From an archaeon CG10_big_fil_rev_8_21_14_0_10_43_11 (GTDB lineage Archaea > Nanobdellota > Nanobdellia > PEZQ01): a stretch of DNA of 64,000 nucleotides. The stretch covers positions 63,368 to 127,367 of the forward strand of contig PEZQ01000007.1 of assembly GCA_002763265.1 (NCBI GenBank), given 5' to 3'. The notes under the pieces were generated by a model that was not told where the DNA came from, searched no databases, and saw only the letters and a program-made list of their open reading frames with translations. The translations under genes and the position numbers were made by a program. This document shows, piece after piece, positions 56,279 to 64,000 of this stretch (position 1 is its first letter; each line of letters starts with the position of its first letter).

Positions 56279-57635
56279 CAACAACCACCTTACTAATACG
56301 CATGTGCGGCGCAAACTCGCCAACAGGCACGCTTTGACCTGCTTTTCCGCAAAAACCTCCTTCTGAGAGCACACTCTTTTTGCCAATACCATCAATAAGT
56401 TGCAGAGTTTTGAGAATGTTTCCTGTCAAACTCACATCGCGAAGCGGTGTCGTTATCTCGCCATCCTTGATGAGCCATGCTTCTTGCGCGCCAAACACGA
56501 ATTTTCCCTCAGTGGGAATGACTTGGCCGCCACTTGAACCTGCCGCGTACACTCCCTCTTTTATGTCACGTATGAGTTCGTCTTTTGTGAACGTTCCCGG
56601 TCTAAGAATAGACGTGCTCATGCGAGGAATGGGAAAATGATAGACTGACTGGCTTCTGCCATTACCGGTTGGCTCTGCTTTCATTTTTGATGCGGTATCA
56701 AGTGAGTGCAAATAACCCGTGAGCACGCCATCCTTGATAAGCGGAGTCGTGGTTTTTTTCACCCCCTCACTATCATACTGGTACGAGCCAAAACTATGCT
56801 GGACCAGGCCGTCGCTAAAACTCACCAAAGGGCTTGCAACCGCTTTGCCCATCATGCCTTTCATCACTGACGCACCCTCCAAAATTGCATCAGCCTCGCA
56901 GGCGTGGCCTACTGCTTCATGAAAAAACACGCCAGAAAGTGCGCCATCACACACAAGCGGAAGCGTTTTTGCCGGCGCGTGTTTTGCATGCAATAAGCGA
57001 AGCGCCATAGCAACCGTATCTTGGGCAAGACCAACAATGCCCTTGTCATAAAACACTTCCAAACCCCCCGTGCGCGCATCACCTTTGTGCGCGCGCTGCA
57101 TAACATCTCCTTCGCGCGCAAGCGCGCTTACGCTATACATGGTTTTGTAATCAGTCTCAAAGAGCATACTTCCTTCACTGTCATAAAACTCGTTTTTTGA
57201 TTTCACACTTGCAAGCGTTGCAAACACGCGTCTGACGCGTTTGTCAACACCTTTTGTTGTTTTTGAAAGTAAGAGTACGCGTTTGAGTTGCTTTTCAAGG
57301 TCTTCGCCAAACGGGTTTTTCTCAGGAGTAACGGTTACGCTGTCTTTAACGCGCTGTTTTTTAATATGCACGTTTGCGCCGCGAACGCGGCCAAGCTTGA
57401 GTGCTTCACGAAACGCGTCTTGAAGGTTTTTCGTGTTTTGGGATGATACCATAACCCATGAGCCCTTATACACGCCGCGAACCCACAATGCTTTTGCATT
57501 ATGTGCACCAAGCGATTTTACGGACTGGTCTTCAACTGCAAGGTTTTGCGCAATTGAATCAGAAATAAGCATATCCCAATAATCAAACTCGTTTGCAATG
57601 CGTGGAATCTTCATCAAAACAATACTATGGTTCAA
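56262..57635 (-). CDS. tldD: TldD-family metalloprotease
   Basis: 457 aa with HEAVGH zinc-binding motif and C-terminal Gly-rich region typical of TldD. Confidence 0.8.
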   Translation of the reverse strand: MNHSIVLMKIPRIANEFDYWDMLISDSIAQNLAVEDQSVKSLGAHNAKALWVRGVYKGSWVMVSSQNTKNLQDAFREALKLGRVRGANVHIKKQRVKDSVTVTPEKNPFGEDLEKQLKRVLLLSKTTKGVDKRVRRVFATLASVKSKNEFYDSEGSMLFETDYKTMYSVSALAREGDVMQRAHKGDARTGGLEVFYDKGIVGLAQDTVAMALRLLHAKHAPAKTLPLVCDGALSGVFFHEAVGHACEADAILEGASVMKGMMGKAVASPLVSFSDGLVQHSFGSYQYDSEGVKKTTTPLIKDGVLTGYLHSLDTASKMKAEPTGNGRSQSVYHFPIPRMSTSILRPGTFTKDELIRDIKEGVYAAGSSGGQVIPTEGKFVFGAQEAWLIKDGEITTPLRDVSLTGNILKTLQLIDGIGKKSVLSEGGFCGKAGQSVPVGEFAPHMRISKVVVGGRAE

Positions 57636-57648
57636 ACGTTATTAAGGT

Positions 57649-59013
57649 TTACTTCACCACGCTGCTAATCTTCTTGCTCACATCCTGACTGTTTTTTAGC
57701 GCGTGCTTAACCACTTCAGAAATAGTCTTAACCGGAATAATTCTTATGCCCTGCAATTCCTTTTTTGAGAGCACCACATCTTTTTCGTTCATAGCAGGAA
57801 TAATCACCGTTTTGTATCCTGCGCGCACTGCTGCTTCTATTTTTTCGTTCACGCCGCCAACAGGCATGACCTCACCAGAAATTGACAAGCTGCCGGTCAT
57901 TGCTATTTCCTGTTTGACTGGCAATTTTTCAAGAGAAGAAATAATCGCGGTTGCAATGCTAATTGACGCGCTATCGCCTTCAACACCCTCATACGTTTGC
58001 AAGAACTGGATGTGAATATCATAATTCTCAATATTTTTTGACGAGTACTGTTTGATGACTGCGCTCACGTTTTGCACTGCCTCTTTTGCAATATCTCCAA
58101 GCCGTCCGGTTGCAATAATTTGTGACTCGCTCTTGCCAAACGAGCGGGCAACAACCGCTTCAATAGGCAGCACGATTCCTGAATGCGTTTCAGCACTGCC
58201 CAACACGGCAAGACCATTCACGCGGCCAACTTCTGCACCCTTGTTTCGAAGGATTTGATAGTCTTTCTTTTCAGTGGTGAATTTCTCAGTCATTTGCTGT
58301 TCAAGAGAACGCGCATACGTTTTTGCAGAGGTCACATCTTCTGGCTGTACATGTGTATGCTTTTTTTCGCGCGCAATATCACCTGCAACACGGATAAGAC
58401 CGCCAAGGTCGCGAAGTTTGAGCGTGAGATGTCCTTTTCTTCCTGCACGGCGTCGTGATTCATTAACAATTTCAAGCACAGCATCACGCGTGAAATGAGG
58501 AATTTTTGTGTCCTTAACTACTTCCTGAGCTACAAATCTAGCGAGGTATTCGCGGTTTTCTGGCGTGTCTGGCATCGTGTCATTCATGAATACTTCATAT
58601 CCATATCCGCGGATACGCGAGCGAAGCGCAGGATGCATTTTCTGCGTGGTTTCAGCATTTCCTGCAGCAACAAGAATAAAATCGCAGGGAGCGGGCTCGG
58701 TTTGAATCATGGCGCCGCTTGAACGTTCGCTTCTTCCAGTGATTGTCATTCTCTTTTCCTGCATGGCAGTCAAGAGTTCAATTTGCGTTTTTGGGCTCAT
58801 AGTTGCGATTTCATCAACAAACAAGACGCCCTTGTTTGCTTTGTGAATCGCGCCTGCAACCACTAACTCGTGGGCGGGCGTACCAAGACCGCCAGAATTA
58901 GTGGCTAACACGTCGCTTGCGATAACATTACCCGATTCAGTAGTAATATTATAGATATGCTCATCAACATCAATTTCACGAATTGATGTAATCTTATCCT
59001 CTTTCAAACTCAT
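57649..59013 (-). CDS. lonB: Split LonB protease, C-terminal half: intein C-fragment (39 aa) fused to LonB C-extein (Walker B and Ser-Lys protease domain)
   Basis: Begins [39 protein letters not shown] (intein blocks F/G, terminal Asn) then [10 protein letters not shown]...VLFVDEI (Walker B)...GDSASISIA (catalytic Ser region). Confidence 0.8.
   Translation of the reverse strand: MSLKEDKITSIREIDVDEHIYNITTESGNVIASDVLATNSGGLGTPAHELVVAGAIHKANKGVLFVDEIATMSPKTQIELLTAMQEKRMTITGRSERSSGAMIQTEPAPCDFILVAAGNAETTQKMHPALRSRIRGYGYEVFMNDTMPDTPENREYLARFVAQEVVKDTKIPHFTRDAVLEIVNESRRRAGRKGHLTLKLRDLGGLIRVAGDIAREKKHTHVQPEDVTSAKTYARSLEQQMTEKFTTEKKDYQILRNKGAEVGRVNGLAVLGSAETHSGIVLPIEAVVARSFGKSESQIIATGRLGDIAKEAVQNVSAVIKQYSSKNIENYDIHIQFLQTYEGVEGDSASISIATAIISSLEKLPVKQEIAMTGSLSISGEVMPVGGVNEKIEAAVRAGYKTVIIPAMNEKDVVLSKKELQGIRIIPVKTISEVVKHALKNSQDVSKKISSVVK
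58897..59013 (-). other. Intein C-terminal fragment (IntC, 39 aa) of split LonB intein
   Basis: Own ATG; block F-like [18 protein letters not shown]; terminal Asn followed by +1 Ser of the extein; same size class as known IntC fragments. Confidence 0.7.
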
Positions 59014-59036
59014 CTAGAATTGATAGGTCCGCTATC

Positions 59037-59054
59037 TTTAAAATAGTTTTTATA
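59037..59054 (-). promoter_or_regulatory. AT-rich TATA-like element (TATAAAAACTATTTTAAA on minus strand) 24-41 nt upstream of the IntC-LonB start
   Basis: Lies inside the 57-nt spacer between the two intein halves, which also carries four in-frame stop codons. Confidence 0.4.
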
Positions 59055-59070
59055 CGATGTGCAGAAAGAA

Positions 59071-60081
59071 TCATGCCACAAGAATAGTGTTTCCTACTCT
59101 TAAATCACGCGCAGCTACTTGTCCGTTATTTGTAAATATCTTATGTTCTGGGGTAACGGTTACTTTTTTCCCGCTCTCTGTTTTTATTTCAAACATTTTT
59201 CCACAATAGGGTCTCCTGTTTACTGCCACTACACCAACAGGTGCAACCATGTCCTCCTTAGCTCCAAGAATTGAATACTCTTTTTTTGGAAGGAAAACAG
59301 CCTCATAGCCTTCATCATTCCTTTCAACTGAATCTTTGTATTTTAATAAAATATCATCTACAAATTCCTTTATTTCAACAACCTTCTCTTCTTCTTTATC
59401 TCTTAAGGTTACATAATTAGAAGCCAAAAAACATTGAAACGGATCGTGCTTGACATCTCCTAAAAGCGCACCCTCATGACTGCCAGTTGCATCAACAAAG
59501 GGAGCCATTGCTTTTCCGGTGTTGTCTACCACGATTTTTGGCGCAAGCACTTGCACGCGCTGTTTTCGAAGCTGGTAGGATGCTAAATACACCATAAACA
59601 CAATAAGAAGCGCAAGCGTGGTAATCGTGCTTGCAATGCGGTTTGCTGCTTGCAGCACATCACTCTCACCCCTGCTTAAAAAGTCAAAAACAAAACCAAC
59701 AAGATTGATAACAAGAAGCATGCCAATCAGAATAAAGAGCGTTCTGTCGCGCCCGCTTGTCATGCTGCGCACTTGCTCTTTTATGCGCATTGTTCTTCCT
59801 TCACCTGCAGGAACCGTGGTGATAAGCGGGTGGTCTGTGTCTTTATCATTTGGAAGGCTGAGGATGTCAACAAGCTTTTCTTTTGACAATAATTCAGCAA
59901 GCGCTTGACCAAGCATTGACTTTCCGGTTCCCGGAGAACCAATAAGAAGGATATTTCTTCGCTGACGCGCTGCTTTTTGCACGATTTCAACTGCTTTTTC
60001 CTGACCAATAACTTGGTTAAGCGTTTGCTTGTCAACGCTAATCTCGCTTGTTGTTTTAAAGCCAAACTCTTTAGACACCAT
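59071..60081 (-). CDS. lonB: Split LonB protease, N-terminal half: LonB N-extein (Walker A and membrane anchor) fused to intein N-fragment (about 120 aa)
   Basis: GSPGTGKS Walker A; two TM helices inserted in the ATPase domain (LonB hallmark); extein ends ...GDVKHDPFQ, then CFLASNYVTL... (intein block A, Cys1) ...VTVTPEHKIFT (block B TxxH)...NTILVA followed by stop. Confidence 0.8.
   Translation of the reverse strand: MVSKEFGFKTTSEISVDKQTLNQVIGQEKAVEIVQKAARQRRNILLIGSPGTGKSMLGQALAELLSKEKLVDILSLPNDKDTDHPLITTVPAGEGRTMRIKEQVRSMTSGRDRTLFILIGMLLVINLVGFVFDFLSRGESDVLQAANRIASTITTLALLIVFMVYLASYQLRKQRVQVLAPKIVVDNTGKAMAPFVDATGSHEGALLGDVKHDPFQCFLASNYVTLRDKEEEKVVEIKEFVDDILLKYKDSVERNDEGYEAVFLPKKEYSILGAKEDMVAPVGVVAVNRRPYCGKMFEIKTESGKKVTVTPEHKIFTNNGQVAARDLRVGNTILVA
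59074..59433 (-). other. Intein N-terminal fragment (IntN, about 120 aa) of split LonB intein
   Basis: Starts with Cys codon TGT at 59433-59431 immediately after the extein Gln; block B TPEH present; ends at TGA 59071-59073. Confidence 0.7.
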
Positions 60082-60126
60082 GCACTAGTGATAGATACCG
60101 TTCTATTTTATATATCGTTCGAAACT

Positions 60127-61323
60127 TCAAAGACCATCATCAACACTTTTGAGAATAATATCATCATCAATGCGAAGACCAAGCGCGGGAATAATAGACA
60201 AACTAATGAGCGCAACAAGCAACACCCCCGCGCCAAGACCAAACAATTCGCTTGCCAACCCCACAGGAATAATTATTAACACAAAAATAAAGCTGTTTAC
60301 AATCGCGCTAAACGAACCAATAGTTGCGCGCGTCATTGACGGAACAAACCGGTTTTGGTAATCGGCAAACACCGCGCCAAAAAGCCCGCTTACAAACATG
60401 AACAGGTGCGCGTTTACCAAAAAGAACACAAGCGAGTCTGAAATGCCAAGAAGCCCAAGAGACGCAGCATACAATATCATCACAAGAATTGAGAAATATT
60501 TTGGTTTCAAAAACGTTTCAATAAAAGAACCCACCTTAACACCAACTCCCTGCATAATGGCAAGCGCGGCGTACACAAACCCAAACAAGAACAAATTTAC
60601 GCCAAATCCCGCAAGATAAAACTGGATGTAGATAAGAATAACAAGGCTGATATTGCTAAGCACCGCAAGCGCGAGCATGAGAATCACATAGGGGCGAACA
60701 TGCAGCATCAGCGTGATTGCATTAATGGTTTCCTTCCACACCGTTTTTGCTTTGATGCGCGCAGTTGATTCAGGCTCTTTGAATTTAAGAGCAACAAAAA
60801 GCGCGATAAGAGATATTACACTCATAAGCGCAAAATTGAGGCGATAATTGATTGACGCAATAAACGCGCCAAGAATAACTGCACTTCCAAGACCAATAAG
60901 ACGAAAAAGCGCGTTGTTGCTAAACGCGAGTTTTGCAAAGCGCGTTCTGCGTTCCTCACGAAGCGAATCATACATAAGCGCGTCACCTGACCCGCTATAA
61001 AACGTGCTGCCAAACGCGGCTAGAGAGAGCACAAAAAGAAATGAGAAAAAAGAGTGGGAAAAAATAGTAAGAAACGAGGCAAGCCCAAAGAGCACGCACG
61101 CAACCACAATTGACTTTTTTCTTCCTGAAACATCAGCAAACACGCCGGTTGGAAGCTCGCTTAAAAGAATAACAAGAGGACCTATTGCCTGAAGAATAAA
61201 GATTTGTGCAACAGACAAACCATTATCCTGCAAGAACACGACAATTGTTGACGCAGCGAGATTTGCAAATAAAAAGAATGAAAGAATATAATTGAGCCCA
61301 ATGTTTCTTCGATATGCACTCAT
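60127..61323 (-). CDS. MFS transporter
   Basis: 398 aa, 12 predicted TM helices, MFS signature GVFADVSGRKK between TM2 and TM3. Confidence 0.75.
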   Translation of the reverse strand: MSAYRRNIGLNYILSFFLFANLAASTIVVFLQDNGLSVAQIFILQAIGPLVILLSELPTGVFADVSGRKKSIVVACVLFGLASFLTIFSHSFFSFLFVLSLAAFGSTFYSGSGDALMYDSLREERRTRFAKLAFSNNALFRLIGLGSAVILGAFIASINYRLNFALMSVISLIALFVALKFKEPESTARIKAKTVWKETINAITLMLHVRPYVILMLALAVLSNISLVILIYIQFYLAGFGVNLFLFGFVYAALAIMQGVGVKVGSFIETFLKPKYFSILVMILYAASLGLLGISDSLVFFLVNAHLFMFVSGLFGAVFADYQNRFVPSMTRATIGSFSAIVNSFIFVLIIIPVGLASELFGLGAGVLLVALISLSIIPALGLRIDDDIILKSVDDGL

Positions 61324-61361
61324 TGCGTATCAAGTGAAAGGAGGGCAAAACACTAAAAGGT

Positions 61362-61652
61362 TTACTCAAAAGCGTCTTCAAATTCAACTGACGGCCGGTC
61401 ACCAACACTGGGGACCGCTGCTTTTGAGATAATCATGATATCAGAGATTGCTCGAACCATTTGGTGCGGAACAATGACGCCACGAGCGCCGCGCAATACC
61501 TTGAAAATAGGGCTTTCAGGGGTTGCATTAATCTTCCATCCCAGTACTTTATTCTGCTGAACAATCGCGTCATCAACTTCTCCAAAGAACTCTCCAGCAT
61601 CAGTGTAGACAGGAATGTTCCAGACGCTGCTTACAATTTTAGTTTGAATCAA
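61362..61652 (-). CDS. PRC-barrel domain protein
   Basis: 96 aa; ...TDAGEFFGEVDDAIV...GVIVPHQMVRAISD pattern typical of PRC barrels. Confidence 0.45.
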   Translation of the reverse strand: MIQTKIVSSVWNIPVYTDAGEFFGEVDDAIVQQNKVLGWKINATPESPIFKVLRGARGVIVPHQMVRAISDIMIISKAAVPSVGDRPSVEFEDAFE

Positions 61653-61729
61653 TTAACCGTCACCTACGCATATGATATCAGACCGCATTTAATTAAGTTT
61701 TCTCTTATCCTAATATACTATTAAGGGCG

Positions 61730-62410
61730 CTAGCTTGAAAAAAAGTCATTTGCCGTGTTTCTATCCCCTTCCTGCACGGTTTTAATAGGTTCAGGCTCTG
61801 ATTTTTTAGGCTCAGCAGTTTTTTCTTCTTGTTTTGGCTGCTTGACTGCTTTTGGTTTTTTTGGAGATTTTTGCTTTTGTTCAGGCTCAGCCACGGGTTC
61901 AACGAGTTTTTGCTGGGTTTCTCCGGGTGTTTTAGTAAACGCTTGTTTGAGCTGTTTTTCTGTAACATTAAAATATTTAAAAAATTTGGGCGTGAGACGC
62001 AAAAGCTTTGTTTTACCATACTCTTCTGCCTGCACCAAGCCAAGAGCAATTAATTCATTTACGTGACTATAACTCTTGTTTCCGCGCGCCTTGATAATGT
62101 CTGACTGCGTGATTGGCGAGCGGTACGCAACAATAGCAAGCGTCTTGAGAAGCGTGCTTGAAAATTCTGCTTCCAAAAAATTCTTGATTTCAGGAACAAA
62201 CTCATCTTCAACATTGAGTATGACCTGCTGGCTCGTGCTTGAAATTTTAAACGACGAGTTGGTTTGCACATACTTTTTTTGCAAACCAGACACTAACTCA
62301 TCTAGTTGCTGGTCGTTTAATGACATAAAACGCTTTATTTTCTGGCGTGCGAGCGCTCCTTCGCTTGCAAAAAGCAATGCTTCTAAAAACCGTTGTTTTT
62401 TTTCTGACAC
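61730..62410 (-). CDS. scpB: Segregation and condensation protein B (ScpB) with Lys/Pro/Glu-rich C-terminal tail
   Basis: LEALLFASEGALARQKIKRFMS N-terminal wHTH; second wHTH LKTLAIVAYRSPITQSDIIKARG; downstream of scpA. Confidence 0.7.
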   Translation of the reverse strand: MSEKKQRFLEALLFASEGALARQKIKRFMSLNDQQLDELVSGLQKKYVQTNSSFKISSTSQQVILNVEDEFVPEIKNFLEAEFSSTLLKTLAIVAYRSPITQSDIIKARGNKSYSHVNELIALGLVQAEEYGKTKLLRLTPKFFKYFNVTEKQLKQAFTKTPGETQQKLVEPVAEPEQKQKSPKKPKAVKQPKQEEKTAEPKKSEPEPIKTVQEGDRNTANDFFSS

Positions 62411-62469
62411 GTCTCAAAATCCTCCCTCTCTGCTAATGCAAGACTGTAGTATGCGATGCGCGTTTAAAA

Positions 62470-63243
62470 TCATTGTTGTTCATCGTTCTCGTTTAACTCT
62501 TCTTTGGCAAGGTCAGAATCATCAACAATCTCAACCATGATGTCGCCAAAACTTTTTTCTTGCAAAAGGTTCACCCGACCCCGGTTTGAGAGAATAATAA
62601 GCGGGATAAATGTCCAGATAATATCCTCACGCGACTGCGAGGGCGTGAGTTTTGAAAAGGGCAAGGTGCGCTTTTTTAACGTAGAAAAAAGGCTTCGCAA
62701 ACGGTCAAACACAAGAGTCAATTTTTGGCTGATTTTCATTTCTTTAAACGTGTGCTCAAACTTTTTTCGCTCTTGAAGTGCGTGCATGCGCTCGTGGCGC
62801 GCTTCTTTTCTATTTTTTACGGTGAGTGCGGAATCAAGCGCGCCCATGAGCTCTTGGAGCGTGACTTTGCGCGTTTTTGGTAAGGGAATTCGTGGCTCCA
62901 AATCCCGCACTTCAAGGGTAATGTCTTCTAGCAGGGAAACATGTTCTTGTTGTTCTTGCTCGTTTTTGTCTTCTTTGAACGCAAAATGTTTGCTTTTCAT
63001 GCGCAAAAGAATGGCAGCAATAAGAAGGATTTTTCCAGATAGCCTGAAATTGAGGTCTTTTAATTCTTTGATTTTTGCAAGGTACGCTTTTGTGAGTTTT
63101 GAAACGTCAATGTTCCACGGGTCAATGCCCTGCTCGCGCACAATATCAATAACCAAATTCTCCCACGTGAGTTCGTCATTGAGAATTTTTTGGTATAAAT
63201 CTTCACGTTTTTGCTCTTGACCATTCTCACTCATAGATAACAC
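62470..63243 (-). CDS. scpA: Segregation and condensation protein A (ScpA, kleisin)
   Basis: N-terminal ...IDIVREQGIDPWNIDVSKLTKAYL and C-terminal winged helix typical of ScpA. Confidence 0.75.
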   Translation of the reverse strand: MLSMSENGQEQKREDLYQKILNDELTWENLVIDIVREQGIDPWNIDVSKLTKAYLAKIKELKDLNFRLSGKILLIAAILLRMKSKHFAFKEDKNEQEQQEHVSLLEDITLEVRDLEPRIPLPKTRKVTLQELMGALDSALTVKNRKEARHERMHALQERKKFEHTFKEMKISQKLTLVFDRLRSLFSTLKKRTLPFSKLTPSQSREDIIWTFIPLIILSNRGRVNLLQEKSFGDIMVEIVDDSDLAKEELNENDEQQ

Positions 63244-63381
63244 ACGTGCATGCGGGAAATAAAAAGAATGTGCTACTTAGTCCTACTTGTAGTTGTCGCA
63301 CGCGTAGCCGTCTCCACTATTGAAGAGTTCAGTGATTTCTGTTGCATTCAAGGTTTTGTTAAACACCATGAACTCGTCAAT

Positions 63382-63789
63382 CTATCCGCTTGAACAAACC
63401 GCAGCATCAATAGTCACTTTCTCTCCAGATACAAGAAACACATGACAGGGCGAGCCACCTGTTATGATTGTGTCATAACAATGATCAACATCAGTTGAGT
63501 TACCATCTTCGCTAATACTGAACGTGGTGGCACAATAGGGGAGACTCTTTGCATCATCAGTATTATTAATGAAATTGTCCATTGACAAACAATGCTGAGC
63601 ACACTGATTACGGAGATTTACAATAGCGGGGCTTGTAACCGCTTCAGGTGAACTTGCAGTCGAAGATGATGGAAACAAAATATCATGCAATACAGGGTAT
63701 AGAACAAACAGGGATACGGCAAAACTCAAACCTAACAATACTCCAACACCAAGCAAGAAATATTTGTTTGCGAGTAAGCGCCCCTTCAC
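63382..63789 (-). CDS. Hypothetical membrane-anchored Cys-containing protein
   Basis: 135 aa; N-terminal TM/signal then Ser-rich linker and a domain with 6 Cys. Confidence 0.3.
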   Translation of the reverse strand: MKGRLLANKYFLLGVGVLLGLSFAVSLFVLYPVLHDILFPSSSTASSPEAVTSPAIVNLRNQCAQHCLSMDNFINNTDDAKSLPYCATTFSISEDGNSTDVDHCYDTIITGGSPCHVFLVSGEKVTIDAAVCSSG

Positions 63790-64000
63790 AAGTACTTACC
63801 ATTCACACGTGATTATAAAATTTTCTCAACTAACTTGTGAAAACCGTTGCGGTAATGACAGAAAAAAGGAGCACAGAAATTGATAGAAGAAAAATGAACA
63901 GATACTTCTTCTGATTCACGCAAGCCCTCCACTAGGGTACGGGCAAAGCAAGTATATAAAATGATAAGGAAATCTTGGAAAAAAGAGACAACAGAAATCC

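Noticed and set aside
59014-59073. Contiguous intein broken by a single sequencing error
   Set aside because: The in-frame path between the halves contains four stop codons, and the C-half has its own ATG and an upstream TATA-like element; a simple indel or base error would not restore a contiguous intein. Assembly verification is still advised.
1-64000. CRISPR arrays and rRNA genes
   Set aside because: No regularly spaced direct repeats or rRNA-like conserved blocks were seen on reading through the window.

Overview
Archaeal chromosomal window, judged from an archaeal membrane-type LonB, an initiator tRNA with an A1:U72 pair, a short XPF/ERCC4 nuclease and TATA-like promoter elements. Left to right: arginyl-tRNA synthetase (3' end cut by the window edge) and tRNA-Arg(UCU); two similarly organised cell-surface protein operons (a 1732-aa secreted protein plus a 541-aa partner, and a 544-aa protein plus a 228-aa partner) that share an identical promoter-proximal 16-mer; an XPF-like nuclease, a short exosortase/archaeosortase-family membrane protein and GDP-fucose synthase; HicB/HicA and RelE-like toxin-antitoxin pairs flanking an initiator tRNA-Met; a roughly 22-kb AT-rich surface-glycan cluster (six GT4 and one GT2 glycosyltransferases, Wzx-like flippase, GT-C-like membrane proteins, four SAM methyltransferases, a B12-binding radical SAM enzyme, DegT aminotransferase, two FemAB-like acyltransferases, two deacetylases) continuing into cysD-cysN; a UDP-sulfoquinovose synthase / thioredoxin / epimerase module; LemA-DUF2207; a HEPN-MNT pair; a DtxR-regulated TroABCD-type metal ABC transporter; TldD/PmbA; MFS transporter; ScpA/ScpB. 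The most striking feature is that the LonB protease gene is interrupted by a class-1 mini-intein that is itself split into two ORFs (about 120-aa N-half, 39-aa C-half with its own ATG) separated by 57 nt carrying four in-frame stops, the architecture of a naturally split, trans-splicing intein. No CRISPR array, integrase or transposase was seen. All calls come from reading the translations; no database search was run, and GC figures are hand counts of single 60-nt lines.
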